Below, piece after piece: positions 37,214 to 49,038 of a DNA stretch of 64,000 nt. The notes below the pieces were generated by a model that saw nothing but the letters and a program-made list of their open reading frames with translations, did no database searches and had not been told where the DNA came from. The translations under genes were made by a program, and so were the position numbers. Within the stretch, counting starts at the first letter, position 1. Every line of letters starts with the position of its first letter. The DNA is from Myxococcota bacterium (GTDB lineage: Bacteria; Myxococcota_A; Polyangia; Nannocystales; Nannocystaceae), in the NCBI GenBank assembly GCA_039028615.1, contig JBCCHT010000024.1, forward strand, positions 128,001 to 192,000, read 5' to 3'.

Positions 37214-38299
37214 TCAGGGAGCGGGCGGCGGTGCGAGCTGGCAGGCGGCCCCTCCCGCGGGGGTCCAGTCGGCGCAGGTCGCCCCGCAGGTACCGCAATC
37301 GGTCTCCACGGTTGCTCCGTCCCGGCAGCGGACGAGCAGCTCGCCGTCGCACCATGCGAGGTCGCCCGCACCTTCGCAGAGGTCTTCGGGCGCCTCGACG
37401 CAGGTGAAGCCGGATTCGCCCTGGCGCTGACCACAGCGCTCATCCGCGGCGCAGGGCTCCACCTCGAGGTGCCCGTCGACGCAACGGATGGCCGAGCCTC
37501 GTCCGCAGACTCCCTCGGCGTCGATGCCCTCGCAGCCGCGCGTCTGGTCGGCGCGCTCGCGCCATTCGAAGGGCCACCAGTCCGCGAGCACGTCGACGCG
37601 GGTGTAGTGGTCGTCCTGCAGGCAGGAGGCGTGCCCGGAGTCGAGCAGCCCGACGACCCGGACCCGTCCGGCGTCATCGCGAGCGAGCAAGGGTCCGCCC
37701 GAGTCTCCCCCGCAGGCCCCGCTGAAGCCTCGTCCGTGGACGACGACGGTGGTGGGCTCGAGGACGACGATGGGCTCGACGGCAAAGTACAGCCGACCGA
37801 CTTCGAACGATTCGGTCGACCCGTACCCAGCGAGCTCGACCGTGGTATCGAGCCAGCCGTCGTGCAGCGCGTCACCGAGCAGCGGGATCGGGTCGAGGTC
37901 CGCCCCCAACGCATCCGGGTCGATGGAGAGCACGGCCACGTCGAGCTGCGGGTGGACGATGGCGGAGACGACCCCCGTGTCCGGGCGCTCGGGAGTCCAG
38001 TAGCCGACGCGGAGCCGATCGGCGGTTGCCGGGTCGATGCAGTGCCCGGCGGTGAGCACGATGCCGGGCCTCACCACGACGCCGCTGCAGATCGTCTCAC
38101 GGTCGGGTGGATACACGGCGACTAGGGCCGCGAGCTGCTGCGGCCCGAGACCGAGGCTCGGCGACTGCTCGACCCCGTGGTAGATGCGCGGCGCTTGGCA
38201 TTGGTCTTCGACGACGGTCGATCGGTCGTCGCAGCCGAGGGTCGTGGCGGCTATCGTCGTGACGAGCAACGCCGTCGCCCATGCCTGGTGTCGACGCAT
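37214..38299 (-). CDS. S1 (chymotrypsin-fold) serine protease lipoprotein with Cys-rich tail
   Basis: TLGC lipobox, RIYHG, CSG, LTAGHC, DVAVL and CGGDSGGPL motifs. Confidence 0.92.
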   Translation of the reverse strand: MRRHQAWATALLVTTIAATTLGCDDRSTVVEDQCQAPRIYHGVEQSPSLGLGPQQLAALVAVYPPDRETICSGVVVRPGIVLTAGHCIDPATADRLRVGYWTPERPDTGVVSAIVHPQLDVAVLSIDPDALGADLDPIPLLGDALHDGWLDTTVELAGYGSTESFEVGRLYFAVEPIVVLEPTTVVVHGRGFSGACGGDSGGPLLARDDAGRVRVVGLLDSGHASCLQDDHYTRVDVLADWWPFEWRERADQTRGCEGIDAEGVCGRGSAIRCVDGHLEVEPCAADERCGQRQGESGFTCVEAPEDLCEGAGDLAWCDGELLVRCRDGATVETDCGTCGATCADWTPAGGAACQLAPPPAP

Positions 38300-38551
38300 A
38301 CCCATCTCAACCGCGCAGGGGATCACCTGCATGGGCGCCCAGGACTGCGGTGAAAGGGCCTGAAATGTCGCGCCGGGAGGGCCGTGTTGGGCGGGCAATC
38401 ATGCGTATGGGTCATGTTCCCGATGGGCGCCGAGCGGATCACTCGGAATGCACGGGCACCGATTCGCGCCGCCAAGACCCGCGAGCGTCCGCATGTAGCA
38501 CCGTTTTCGGCCCATTTGCGGAGGCGGCTCGGCAGTACGATGGGCGCACTC

Positions 38552-40642
38552 ATGCCGGCCAAGTCACGCTCCAAGAAGAAATCGTCTCGCCGAGGTTCCG
38601 CCAAGTCGTCAGGCGTCGAACGAGAGATCACGAGCTTCGCGATCCATCCCGCGATCGGCGTGGCCCGGGTGGGGAATGCCCCCAAGCAGTACTTCTTGGC
38701 GCCGGAGGCTCCGGGCATGCTGCCCGACCCCGACGGCCCCGTGCCGGGTCGCGAAGACGACTGGCGCCCCGGCTACAAGGACGACGAAGGACGCATCAAG
38801 CGGCAGGCCTGTCGCTTTCGCATCTATGGTCTCGATGCTCGCGGGCGCGTGGTCAAGGAGATCACCGCGGACGATGCCCATATCGAGTGGCGGGTCCATC
38901 TCGCCGCTCGCAAGGCGGCTTGGTACCAGTTCAACAATGCGATGGACCTTGGCGAGCACGCCAAGGAAGCGTTGATGCGCAACGCCGGCACCGACCGGAA
39001 GAAGCTCGCCATCACGCCTCCGCCCGCGTCGATCTCGGGCCGCAACACGAACGCCAGCGGCGGCGACCGGAGCTGCCGCATCGCCGGTCGTATCATGGGC
39101 AAGTACCCGGCGGTCCTCGGCGAGCTCCGTAGCGATGACAAGGGGCGACTCGTGGTCTTGGGTGGGCCCGGGGACGCCAACAGCTTCACCGGGTTCATCA
39201 ACCCCATCACCACCTTCGCCAACAACGAGGGCTGGTACGACGACATCGCCGACGGGCCCGTGCGGGCGACCGTGCGTCTCAAGGGCAGCCGGCAGAAGCA
39301 CGAGGCCGAGCCCGCCTTCGTGGCCACCACGCCGCCCAACTACGGGCCCGGCCTGCTCGGAGTGGTGACCATGTACGACGTGGCCCTCGACCTGTTCCAC
39401 CGCGAGTCGGTCGGCGGCGAGCCCCCCATCCCGCTGCCGGAGCGGCCGTCCTTTGCCCGGCACATCTACCCGATCTTGGAGCGGCTGGTGAACACCCAGT
39501 GGGTCAACGACGGGTTCTTCGTGCTGTTCGGAGACGGGTCCGCGGCCGACTTCACCACGCCCGAGCGATTGCGGCGGTTGTCGACGTTGGGCAACACTCC
39601 GGCGCAGCGACGGCAGCACGAGCGAGCGCGGCAGGCCGTGTTCGCGTGGTTCCGCGATCCGGCGTCGACCAAGCCCGAGCCGGCCGAGGTCCCACCCTTC
39701 TACGGCGATGCGTTCGGGGATTTCTCGGGCCTGCCCAACGACGAGCTCGCCGTGACCCACACGCAGTACGGCTGGCTGCAGCAGTGGGCCAAAGGCGACT
39801 TCGACGAGGACTTCAGGCGACCGCGCAAGCCGGTGCCGCTCGAGTCGCTGGCGATCGCCAAGCAGCCGCACGCGCTCGACCGAGCCCACCTCGAGGACAT
39901 CCTCGGTGGCCCCTTCCACCCGGGGATCGAGATCACGTGGACCATGCGTCGCGCCAGCATGTGGAAGGCGCCCTTCCGCCTCAACGTGCTGCCCGAGGGC
40001 CAGCAGCCCCGCGACGACTTCGGGCCGATCTTGCGACCCGATGTCTGCCTCGGCCCCGATGGCCCGCTCAACGCGAGCGGCCCGGGCAGCCTGACGCGCT
40101 GGATGGGGACGCCGTGGCAGACCGACTCGGCGAGCTGCCTGTCGGGCTACGACGCCTCGTACTACCTGCCCTTGCCCAGCTTCTGGGCGGCGCGCATTCC
40201 CAACCAAGTCCTCAGTCGTTTTTCGTACGAAAAGAGCATCGACCCCGCGGGGACACCGGTGCAGCGCCAGCGCTTCTTCAGCCAGCGCTCCGATTGGCTG
40301 CGCGATCTGGCGCCCAGCGGTAACGCCCGGCGGCAGGACATGGTCGAAAACTGGTGGAAGCTCGGCATCGTGGTGCCGATGCCGGCTCCCCGTGGGCGGC
40401 AGCGGATCGTCGACGGCACCAAGGTGTGGATCGAGTCTGGGCGCAACGCCCAGTTCACGGTGAACGACCCCACCCGCAAGATGGTCGAGCGAGCGCAGGA
40501 GCAGGTCGGGCCCGCGCTGGACGGCAAGGGGACCGAGCAATCCCACGTCGCGCTCGCCCAGCGCGAGCCTCCCGAGGGCGAGGACGCCCGCACCGTGCAC
40601 ATCGCCAATCGTCGCCGGGTCTACGGGCGTAGCGACCGTTGA
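38552..40642 (+). CDS. lodA: LodA/GoxA family CTQ-dependent amino acid oxidase
   Basis: IHPAIGVARVGN, GRIKRQACRFRIYG, GRLVVLGG, NNEGWYDDIADGPV, GGPFHPGIE, PGSLTRWMGTPWQTDSASC and FWAARIP motifs. Start 38540 or 38552. Confidence 0.93.
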   Translation: MPAKSRSKKKSSRRGSAKSSGVEREITSFAIHPAIGVARVGNAPKQYFLAPEAPGMLPDPDGPVPGREDDWRPGYKDDEGRIKRQACRFRIYGLDARGRVVKEITADDAHIEWRVHLAARKAAWYQFNNAMDLGEHAKEALMRNAGTDRKKLAITPPPASISGRNTNASGGDRSCRIAGRIMGKYPAVLGELRSDDKGRLVVLGGPGDANSFTGFINPITTFANNEGWYDDIADGPVRATVRLKGSRQKHEAEPAFVATTPPNYGPGLLGVVTMYDVALDLFHRESVGGEPPIPLPERPSFARHIYPILERLVNTQWVNDGFFVLFGDGSAADFTTPERLRRLSTLGNTPAQRRQHERARQAVFAWFRDPASTKPEPAEVPPFYGDAFGDFSGLPNDELAVTHTQYGWLQQWAKGDFDEDFRRPRKPVPLESLAIAKQPHALDRAHLEDILGGPFHPGIEITWTMRRASMWKAPFRLNVLPEGQQPRDDFGPILRPDVCLGPDGPLNASGPGSLTRWMGTPWQTDSASCLSGYDASYYLPLPSFWAARIPNQVLSRFSYEKSIDPAGTPVQRQRFFSQRSDWLRDLAPSGNARRQDMVENWWKLGIVVPMPAPRGRQRIVDGTKVWIESGRNAQFTVNDPTRKMVERAQEQVGPALDGKGTEQSHVALAQREPPEGEDARTVHIANRRRVYGRSDR

Positions 40643-41766
40643 GCCGCAGCGTTCCCAAGGTCATCGTCCTCGGCGGGGGTCCGGCGGGGGCGGTGGCGGC
40701 CATGGTGCTGGCCCGGGGCGGTGTCGAGGTCGCCGTGTTCGAGGCCAGCGCGGGCCCAGAGCCCAAGATCGGCGAGAACCTGCCGCCCGCGCTGCGACCC
40801 TTGCTCGAGCGACTGGGCCTCTCGTCGCTGCTCGAGGCGGCGGGGCATGTGCGATGCCACGGGCACCGCTCGGTGTGGGGCGGCGACGAGCCGGTGGAGG
40901 AGGACTTCTTGTTCGGGACCTTCGGCTCGGGGTGGCACCTCGATCGGGCGCGGTTCGAAGGCATGCTGGCCGAGGCCGCGGTCGAAGCGGGCGCGCGCTG
41001 GGGCTGGGACCATCACGCGGTGGATGCTCGCTGGAGCGCGGGGCGGTGGACCCTGGAGGTCGAAGCTCCGTCGGCGCTCATCGAGGTCCAGGCCGACTTC
41101 GTGATCGATGCGACGGGGCGTCCCGCTCGGTTCGCCCGCGGCGCGGGAGCGCGACGTCGGCAGCTCGACAAGCTGGTCGGGGTGGCGGTGACCCTGGAGT
41201 CGCCCGCGGGAGCCTCGGCGTTGGCTCTCGACGGGTTCACGCTGGTGGAGGCTCGGCCCGATGGGTGGTGGTACACGGCACCGCTCGCGGGGGAACGAGC
41301 GGTGGCGATGTTCATGACCGATGGCGACCGCTTGAGCGCCAGCGGGCTGCGTAGCGCCGAGGGCTGGTCGGCGGCGCTGCGAGAGACGACCCAGACCCGT
41401 GGGCGGCTCGACGGGGCCTTCGACCTCGTCTCCGTCGAGCCCCGGGTCATGCCGGCCGGCAGCGCCTGGCTCGAGCACGCGACGGGGCCGGGATGGCTCG
41501 CGGTGGGCGACGCGGCGATGGCCTTCGACCCGCTGTCCTCGCACGGCATGGGCTCGGGCATGACCACGGGCTACTACGGAGCGTGTGCGGTGGCCGAGCA
41601 CCTCGCCGGCAATCCCGATGCCCTGGAGACCTACGAGGTGCTGGTGCACGGGATGTTCGACGACTACCTCGAGCGGCTGCACCAGCACTACCGACTCGAG
41701 CAGCGGTGGCCGAGCGCGCCCTTCTGGTCGCGTCGCCACCACCCCATGGCCCGGGCCACGGCCTAG
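40639..41766 (+). CDS. lodB: LodB/GoxB-like FAD-dependent maturation flavoprotein
   Basis: GGGPAG, KIGENLPP, GWHLDRARFE, DATGR, GWWYTAPL and GDAAMAFDPLSSHG motifs. 4-nt overlap with lodA. Confidence 0.9.
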   Translation: MSRSVPKVIVLGGGPAGAVAAMVLARGGVEVAVFEASAGPEPKIGENLPPALRPLLERLGLSSLLEAAGHVRCHGHRSVWGGDEPVEEDFLFGTFGSGWHLDRARFEGMLAEAAVEAGARWGWDHHAVDARWSAGRWTLEVEAPSALIEVQADFVIDATGRPARFARGAGARRRQLDKLVGVAVTLESPAGASALALDGFTLVEARPDGWWYTAPLAGERAVAMFMTDGDRLSASGLRSAEGWSAALRETTQTRGRLDGAFDLVSVEPRVMPAGSAWLEHATGPGWLAVGDAAMAFDPLSSHGMGSGMTTGYYGACAVAEHLAGNPDALETYEVLVHGMFDDYLERLHQHYRLEQRWPSAPFWSRRHHPMARATA

Positions 41767-42317
41767 CTCGTGGAGTCGAAGGCGGCGCGGACGTGCTCTT
41801 CCGCCTTGAGAGCGCGGTACGAGACCGTCTTGATCGACACGTCCAGGAGCGCCGCAGCCTCTTCGAGCGACAGCCCTTCGACCTGGCGGAGCACGAAGGC
41901 GTCGCGTTTGTCGGCATCCAGGCCCCGCAGCGCTCCTTCGAGGGTCCGCAGCAGCTGGGGCTCGCCCGCATCCCCTTCGGCGAGCTCGGCTGACTCGTTG
42001 CGGCTGCGCCAGCGTCTCCATAGGCCCCGTCGTCGCTGCTGGGAGCGACGGTGGTCGCGAAGCAGGTTGTAGGCGATCCCGTGGAGCCACGAGCCCATCG
42101 CGTCCGGGTCCTTCACCGTATCGAGTCGACGCAAGGCGACGAGGAAGGTGTCCTGAGTGAGGTCGCGCGACAGGTCGGCGTTGCCCGTGAGCCAGTACAG
42201 CCGTTGGTTCACCGCCGACGCGTGCGTCTCGTACAGCTCCCGGAGCGCATCGTCACCTTCGGTGGTGGCTTCGGGGGCAGGGGCCGGCACGGCCACGAGC
42301 TTGGGGGCGGCGCTCAT
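41763..42317 (-). CDS. ECF RNA polymerase sigma factor
   Basis: DLTQDTFLVA...SWLHGIAYNLLRDHRR and AFVLRQVEGLSLEEAAALLDVSIKTVSYR. Confidence 0.92.
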   Translation of the reverse strand: MSAAPKLVAVPAPAPEATTEGDDALRELYETHASAVNQRLYWLTGNADLSRDLTQDTFLVALRRLDTVKDPDAMGSWLHGIAYNLLRDHRRSQQRRRGLWRRWRSRNESAELAEGDAGEPQLLRTLEGALRGLDADKRDAFVLRQVEGLSLEEAAALLDVSIKTVSYRALKAEEHVRAAFDSTS

Positions 42318-43453
42318 CGTGGACCCCCGACGTTCGTGGTGGGTCGTGGTTCATCGAGCGGCCGCGCTCGTTTGTCTCCCATGCGGAAGCCTCGGGCGCG
42401 ATACAGCGAGGGCTCGGGCCTCGAGCCCTGGCGGACGTCGTGCGCCGCTCCAGTGCCGACCCAGCCGACGCGCCACAGGCCCGAGACATGGTTGGGGAGG
42501 GCCAAGCCGACCACGCTCAGCCCCATGAGGGCGACGAGCAGGAGGCGGGCCAAGCGGGCGCCGCGGCGACCCAGAGGCGGTCGATCGGGGGTCTTGTCAC
42601 CGAACGCGGAGGCCAGGATCGGTACCGACAACAACACCTGCACCGCCGCCGTCGTGGCGAGCATGGCCGCCACGGGGAGCGACAAGGACAGCGACTCGCC
42701 CAGGGCCAAGGCCGCGATGGCGACATTGGCGAGGATGTTGAGCAGCAACGCCCAGGTTCGCAGGCGCACGATGCCCCAGGCGGCGATTGCCATGATCAGG
42801 CCACACCACAGCGGAGGGGTGAGGACCATGCGCATCGCGGCGAGGGGAACGATGAACTCGAGCCCTACGCCGGGGGGAGGCCCGGCGACGAAGATCTGCG
42901 CGTTGTCGACGATCCCGGAGAAGAGCAGGGTCTGCGCGTCGGCCATGGCCATGACCGCGGCGAGCAGCAGGTGCCCGCGAAACGCCAGCGGCCGGAAGGA
43001 CCCGCTCGACAGCCCGAGCCCGCGGCCTCGCAGCGCGAGCAGGGTGATGCCCGCCCCGATGGCGATGGCCGGGCCCGTCCAGCTGAAGACGCGCAGGCCC
43101 CAGGTCGAGACGACGACCCCGATGAGCAGGCTCGACCACGCCACGGCGCGCACGAACATCTGGCGGCCGAGATCGCGGGTGGAGAGGTTGCCGATCGCCC
43201 AGAACAACATGAGCATCGGCAGCAACACGGCGAAGGCTCGCCCGTGGATGGGGCTGAGGATCACCAGATCGAGCACGGCCATGACGACGAAGCCGAGCGC
43301 CGACAGGCTCAGCCCGGCCCGGGCCCAGGCCGCCTGTCGGGCGTCGGGCATCTGCGGATCGAGCCCCTGGTCACGCCCGCGGAGCACCTGCTCCACGGGT
43401 GCGGGCTCGATGGATCGGGTTTTCAGCAGCTGCAGTGCGCGGTCGTAGCTCAC
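42314..43453 (-). CDS. Multi-pass membrane protein of unknown function
   Basis: About 8-9 hydrophobic segments, GAGGAGG RBS before the GTG, and ATGA overlap with the ECF start. Confidence 0.8.
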   Translation of the reverse strand: MSYDRALQLLKTRSIEPAPVEQVLRGRDQGLDPQMPDARQAAWARAGLSLSALGFVVMAVLDLVILSPIHGRAFAVLLPMLMLFWAIGNLSTRDLGRQMFVRAVAWSSLLIGVVVSTWGLRVFSWTGPAIAIGAGITLLALRGRGLGLSSGSFRPLAFRGHLLLAAVMAMADAQTLLFSGIVDNAQIFVAGPPPGVGLEFIVPLAAMRMVLTPPLWCGLIMAIAAWGIVRLRTWALLLNILANVAIAALALGESLSLSLPVAAMLATTAAVQVLLSVPILASAFGDKTPDRPPLGRRGARLARLLLVALMGLSVVGLALPNHVSGLWRVGWVGTGAAHDVRQGSRPEPSLYRARGFRMGDKRARPLDEPRPTTNVGGPR

Positions 43454-43555
43454 GGGTTCCTCCTCATTTCGACGACCTGGTGGTGCGAGGAGGGGCTGAT
43501 TCTCAACCGCGACGAAGAAAAAATCACATCGCGACGCGTGAGATGCGCTGGGCGG

Positions 43556-45175
<1,620 letters not shown>

Positions 45176-45220
45176 CGGTCGCGCGCATCCTACACCGTCT
45201 ACGAGGACGGACGAGGAGCG

Positions 45221-46366
45221 CTATGACCGGGTGTCGACACGGGGGTGAGTGAGGCGGCGCAGCAGTCGTTCGCCCGGTCCGGCGCCGAAGCGAGCGAGCC
45301 ACGGCCCGCTCATCGCGATCTGGAAGAGCACGAGCATCACGGCGACCGTCATCGCTTCGGTCGCGCCGCGTCGTCCCCACTGGCCCAGGCCGATGCCGTA
45401 GAAGAGCACGGCCATCGCGAGCGACTGGGTCAGGTAGTGGGTCAGCGACAGCCGCCCGGCGGCCCGCAGCGCCTTCGTGACGACGCCCCCCCGACTCAGC
45501 ATCGGCCACAGCAGGGTGGCCCAGGCGAGGCTGCCGAGGGGAATGGCGACTGCGTAGACGAGGTCGCGGAGCACACCGAGACCCGAGGGCGGATGCGCGG
45601 GCACGCTGGCCATGGCACCGAGGACCAGGTTGGCGAAGACGGCGAAGAGCACGAGCGCGAGCCGAGGGCGACCCCGAAGCGTGGGCCGTAGCCGCACCCC
45701 GAGCATGCCGAGGATGAACAGCCCCAGCAGCCGAGGGAAGCGGCCAGAATCGACAGCGAGGACCCAGCGTTGCTCGACGAAGGCCCAGTTGGCGGTGAGC
45801 AGCTCGGCGTAGTTGCCCGTGCCGAAGACCGGGAGCAGCTCGGCCGGCCCGTGTCCGAGCCCGGGTGGGGAGGGGGCGTCGGCGAGCCGTTCGAGTACGA
45901 ATCGCGCGAGGCTGAGGACCACGGGCAGGGCCAGGCACACGAGCGCGGCGATGGCCAGGCGTCGGGTCGGCCAGCGACGGAGCCAGTACAGCGGGAGGGC
46001 TGCGACGGCGTAGAGGCTGATGATGTCGCCGAACCACAGCAGGCTGGCGTGGGCGCAGCCGATCAGCAGCAGGGCCAGCAAGCGACGTCGCACCACCGCG
46101 GCCACGTCGAGCCCGCGCGCCTGGGCCGAGTCGGTCATGAGGGCGAAGCCCGCCCCGAAGATGAGCGAGAACAGCCCGTAGAACTTGCCGTCGACCAGCA
46201 CGTGCAGCGAATGCTCCACCACGCCGTCGATGGCGGGCGCGGCGAAGAGGGCCCGTTGCTCTGGTCCGGTGACGGCATAGCCGGAAAACCACATCACGTT
46301 GCCCAGCACGATGCCGGCCAGGGCGAAGCCGCGAAGGGCATCGAGCGCGTCGATACGCTCGCTCAT
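45221..46366 (-). CDS. DUF418 (YeiB-like) membrane protein
   Basis: RIDALDALRGFALAGI, GKFYGLFSLIFGAGF, WFGDI, GRLSLTHYLTQS and GPGERLLRRLT motifs. Confidence 0.92.
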   Translation of the reverse strand: MSERIDALDALRGFALAGIVLGNVMWFSGYAVTGPEQRALFAAPAIDGVVEHSLHVLVDGKFYGLFSLIFGAGFALMTDSAQARGLDVAAVVRRRLLALLLIGCAHASLLWFGDIISLYAVAALPLYWLRRWPTRRLAIAALVCLALPVVLSLARFVLERLADAPSPPGLGHGPAELLPVFGTGNYAELLTANWAFVEQRWVLAVDSGRFPRLLGLFILGMLGVRLRPTLRGRPRLALVLFAVFANLVLGAMASVPAHPPSGLGVLRDLVYAVAIPLGSLAWATLLWPMLSRGGVVTKALRAAGRLSLTHYLTQSLAMAVLFYGIGLGQWGRRGATEAMTVAVMLVLFQIAMSGPWLARFGAGPGERLLRRLTHPRVDTRS

Positions 46367-47547
46367 CCCGGCCCCCGGGGCGTACGCCACCACCACAGTC
46401 CATAGATGGTTGCGCCGAACAAGGGCAGTGCGACCAGGATGGCCAAGACCGCGTCCACGCCGACCTCGTCCCAGACGACGCCCAGTACCAGCGGGCAGGC
46501 GATGGCCGAGGCACTCCTCACCGCGTCTTGGAGGGCCAGCATCCGCCCCTTGGCCGCGGCCGAGACCCGCGTGGAGACGAAGGTCGGGATCACGATCGAT
46601 GCGACGATCTCACCCAGGGTCCAGACTACGGTGCACAGCAGCAGCGCGGCGATGGATTGACCGACCGCGAGGATCGTCAGGCCGCTGCCCCACAGCAGGG
46701 CGGCCATCACCATCATCGCCGCCTCGTTTCGACCTCGGATCAAGCGCTCGATGGGGAAGCTCAGGGCCAGGATGCACGCGGCGTTGATCGAGTACACCAC
46801 GCCGACGAACACCAGGGCCCGGTCGAAGGTCGTACCCACCAGGATCGGCACTGCGTACTCGAGGCCCATGAGCGGCGCGACGACGAACAGGCTCGCGAGG
46901 CAGAACCCGGTGGTGAGCGGGTGGCTCGCCCACACGCGCACCACCGAGGTCGTGTCCTCGGCGGAAGCAGCACGCAGCGAGCCGAGCGCGGGCACGCCGA
47001 GCGCGATGAACCCCGCGCAGGCCGCCGACAGCGCGATGTCACCGATGAAGATCCATAGATAGGACGCCGTGGCGATGAGCCCCCCGAGCAGCGGGCCGAG
47101 CCCCATGCCCACGTTGATGCAGACATAGTTGACGGTATAGGCAAAGGGCCTCGTCGCCAGCGGGGTGAGGTCGGCGATGAGCGCATTGGCAGCCGGGGTG
47201 TACATGCCCGAGCCCGCCAGCGCGATGGCCAGCGCGAGCGCATACGCGGCGTCGGAGGGCAGCTCCATCGCGAGCAGGGCGAGGCCGACGATGTTGATGG
47301 CGATGGCTGCCAGCAGCGTGGGCCGACGACCGACGCGATCGGCGAGGTGCCCCCCGACAACGTTGCCCAGCAGCAGGCCGATGCCACCGGCCGCAATCAC
47401 GCGACCGGTGGCGGCGAAGCTCATACCGCGCCCCTGAGATAGATAGATCGTCAGGTAGGGGACGACGAAGGTGCCGAGTCGCGTGGCGACCGTGCCCGCG
47501 AATAGATAGTGCAGCGGGCGCGGTAGCTGGCGCAGGCGCTCAAGCAA
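46363..47547 (-). CDS. MFS transporter (drug:H+ antiporter-like)
   Basis: GGHLADRVGRR motif A, NVGMGLGPLLGG motif C and about 12 TM segments. Confidence 0.92.
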   Translation of the reverse strand: MLERLRQLPRPLHYLFAGTVATRLGTFVVPYLTIYLSQGRGMSFAATGRVIAAGGIGLLLGNVVGGHLADRVGRRPTLLAAIAINIVGLALLAMELPSDAAYALALAIALAGSGMYTPAANALIADLTPLATRPFAYTVNYVCINVGMGLGPLLGGLIATASYLWIFIGDIALSAACAGFIALGVPALGSLRAASAEDTTSVVRVWASHPLTTGFCLASLFVVAPLMGLEYAVPILVGTTFDRALVFVGVVYSINAACILALSFPIERLIRGRNEAAMMVMAALLWGSGLTILAVGQSIAALLLCTVVWTLGEIVASIVIPTFVSTRVSAAAKGRMLALQDAVRSASAIACPLVLGVVWDEVGVDAVLAILVALPLFGATIYGLWWWRTPRGPG

Positions 47548-49000
47548 GGCTCGAATCCAGTCGGAGGGTGGCGAGCTGCCGGTTGTTCAGGGCGTTGTCG
47601 TCGGGGACGTGCCCCCCCGCCGCGATCCGCCCCAGGGCTTCACCTTCGCCGATATAGGCATCGATGGCTTCCCGCGAGGAGCTGCCCTTGAGGTCGCGGA
47701 CGAGCTGGCCCATGAACACCTCGCCGAGCAGCGAGAGGCTGTAGCCGCTCGGCCCCACGACGACCAGGCCCTCGTGCACCAGCGCATCGAGCATGGACTC
47801 CTGCGCGGCCGACAACGCCCCACGTTCGCGCATGGCTTCCACCCGAGCAGTGGGAAGGCCTTCCCACCGCAGCGGAAAGGTCCATAGCGCCATGTCTCGC
47901 TGGTGGGCGGTCGAGCATTTGGGCAGGTATAGCGGAGGCTCACCCCGCTCGACCGCGGCACACCAGGCCGCGATGTCGACTTGGTTTTCCACCCGCACGC
48001 CGGGCAGGCTCGAGATGGCCTGGGGCCCCACGCCGAGCAGGAAGGTCTCGTACTGGCTGGCGCCGATGCACTCGTCTCCCGCCAGCCGAGCCAGGGTCGG
48101 TGCATCCATGCGCTGGGGGTCGACGTAGGTGTTGGTGCCGCGGCGGATCCACCCGCCGCGACGGAACGCGCCGTAGGTGGACAGCCGCATGAGCGCCTGG
48201 TCGAGCGGTGCGGGCGCGGGGGGAATGGCGCCCGAGCCGATGGCCGCGAGCAAAGCCGGCGCGGCCCCGGGCGTGAGCAGATAGGAGCTGATGGCGTTGA
48301 TGCGGCCGTCGGTCATCAGCTCGTCGAGATCGTGGGCCACGCTCTCGCGAGTCTGTCCGGGCATCCCGGTGATGAGGTCGGCGTTGACCACCGGGATACG
48401 CCCGTCGATCCAGTCGAGCACGCGATCGAGGTGCTTGAGCGTCTTGGGCTGGCGCATCGCGGTGCGTACTGCGGGGTCGAGCGACTGCACGCCGAACGAG
48501 ACCTTGGTGACGCCCAGGGCGACCAGAGCCTCGATGAACTGGAGCTTGGCGGTGCTCAGGGTCATCTCGACCGAGACCTCCGTGTGCTCGCCGAACCCGG
48601 GCAGCTCGCGAGCAGCCTGCACCACCGTCTCGATATGCGGCCCGAGTAGATCGGGGCTGCCTCCGCCGATGTTCACCGAGCGAATGGGGGCGCCCCGCAT
48701 GGCGGTACGACCCCACAGGTCGCGCAGCTGCTGGACGAGCAGGCCGGCATAGCGCTCGGCCTGCGCCCAGTCGAGGCTGTTGCCCCCCGAGAATGCGCAG
48801 AAGCGACATCGCTGGGCGCAAAAGGGCACGTGGAGGTACAGGCGTAGCGACGACTCCGGCAAAGCGGGAGCGTTCTCGATGGCGTCGAGGACTCGCCTCG
48901 CCGTCATCGACGGATCGTCGGGTAACATCCAATAGTCGATCGTGTTGCGGGCGAGCGCGCCGTAGCGTGTCCCCAGCAACCGGTTGGCGGTTGGGCTCAC
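47540..49000 (-). CDS. HemN-like radical SAM protein
   Basis: LYLHVPFCAQRCRFC, IGGGSP, KVSFGVQSLD and NADLITGMPGQT motifs. Start taken as GTG 49000. Confidence 0.88.
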   Translation of the reverse strand: MSPTANRLLGTRYGALARNTIDYWMLPDDPSMTARRVLDAIENAPALPESSLRLYLHVPFCAQRCRFCAFSGGNSLDWAQAERYAGLLVQQLRDLWGRTAMRGAPIRSVNIGGGSPDLLGPHIETVVQAARELPGFGEHTEVSVEMTLSTAKLQFIEALVALGVTKVSFGVQSLDPAVRTAMRQPKTLKHLDRVLDWIDGRIPVVNADLITGMPGQTRESVAHDLDELMTDGRINAISSYLLTPGAAPALLAAIGSGAIPPAPAPLDQALMRLSTYGAFRRGGWIRRGTNTYVDPQRMDAPTLARLAGDECIGASQYETFLLGVGPQAISSLPGVRVENQVDIAAWCAAVERGEPPLYLPKCSTAHQRDMALWTFPLRWEGLPTARVEAMRERGALSAAQESMLDALVHEGLVVVGPSGYSLSLLGEVFMGQLVRDLKGSSSREAIDAYIGEGEALGRIAAGGHVPDDNALNNRQLATLRLDSSLA

Positions 49001-49038
49001 GACCCGCTCATGTCGCGACCCGCCCGGTTCCTTGCACC

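Noticed and set aside
43519..43530. TGTGA on the minus strand as a third CRP box
   Set aside because: The second half-site is absent (TGTGA-TTTTTT-CTTCG).
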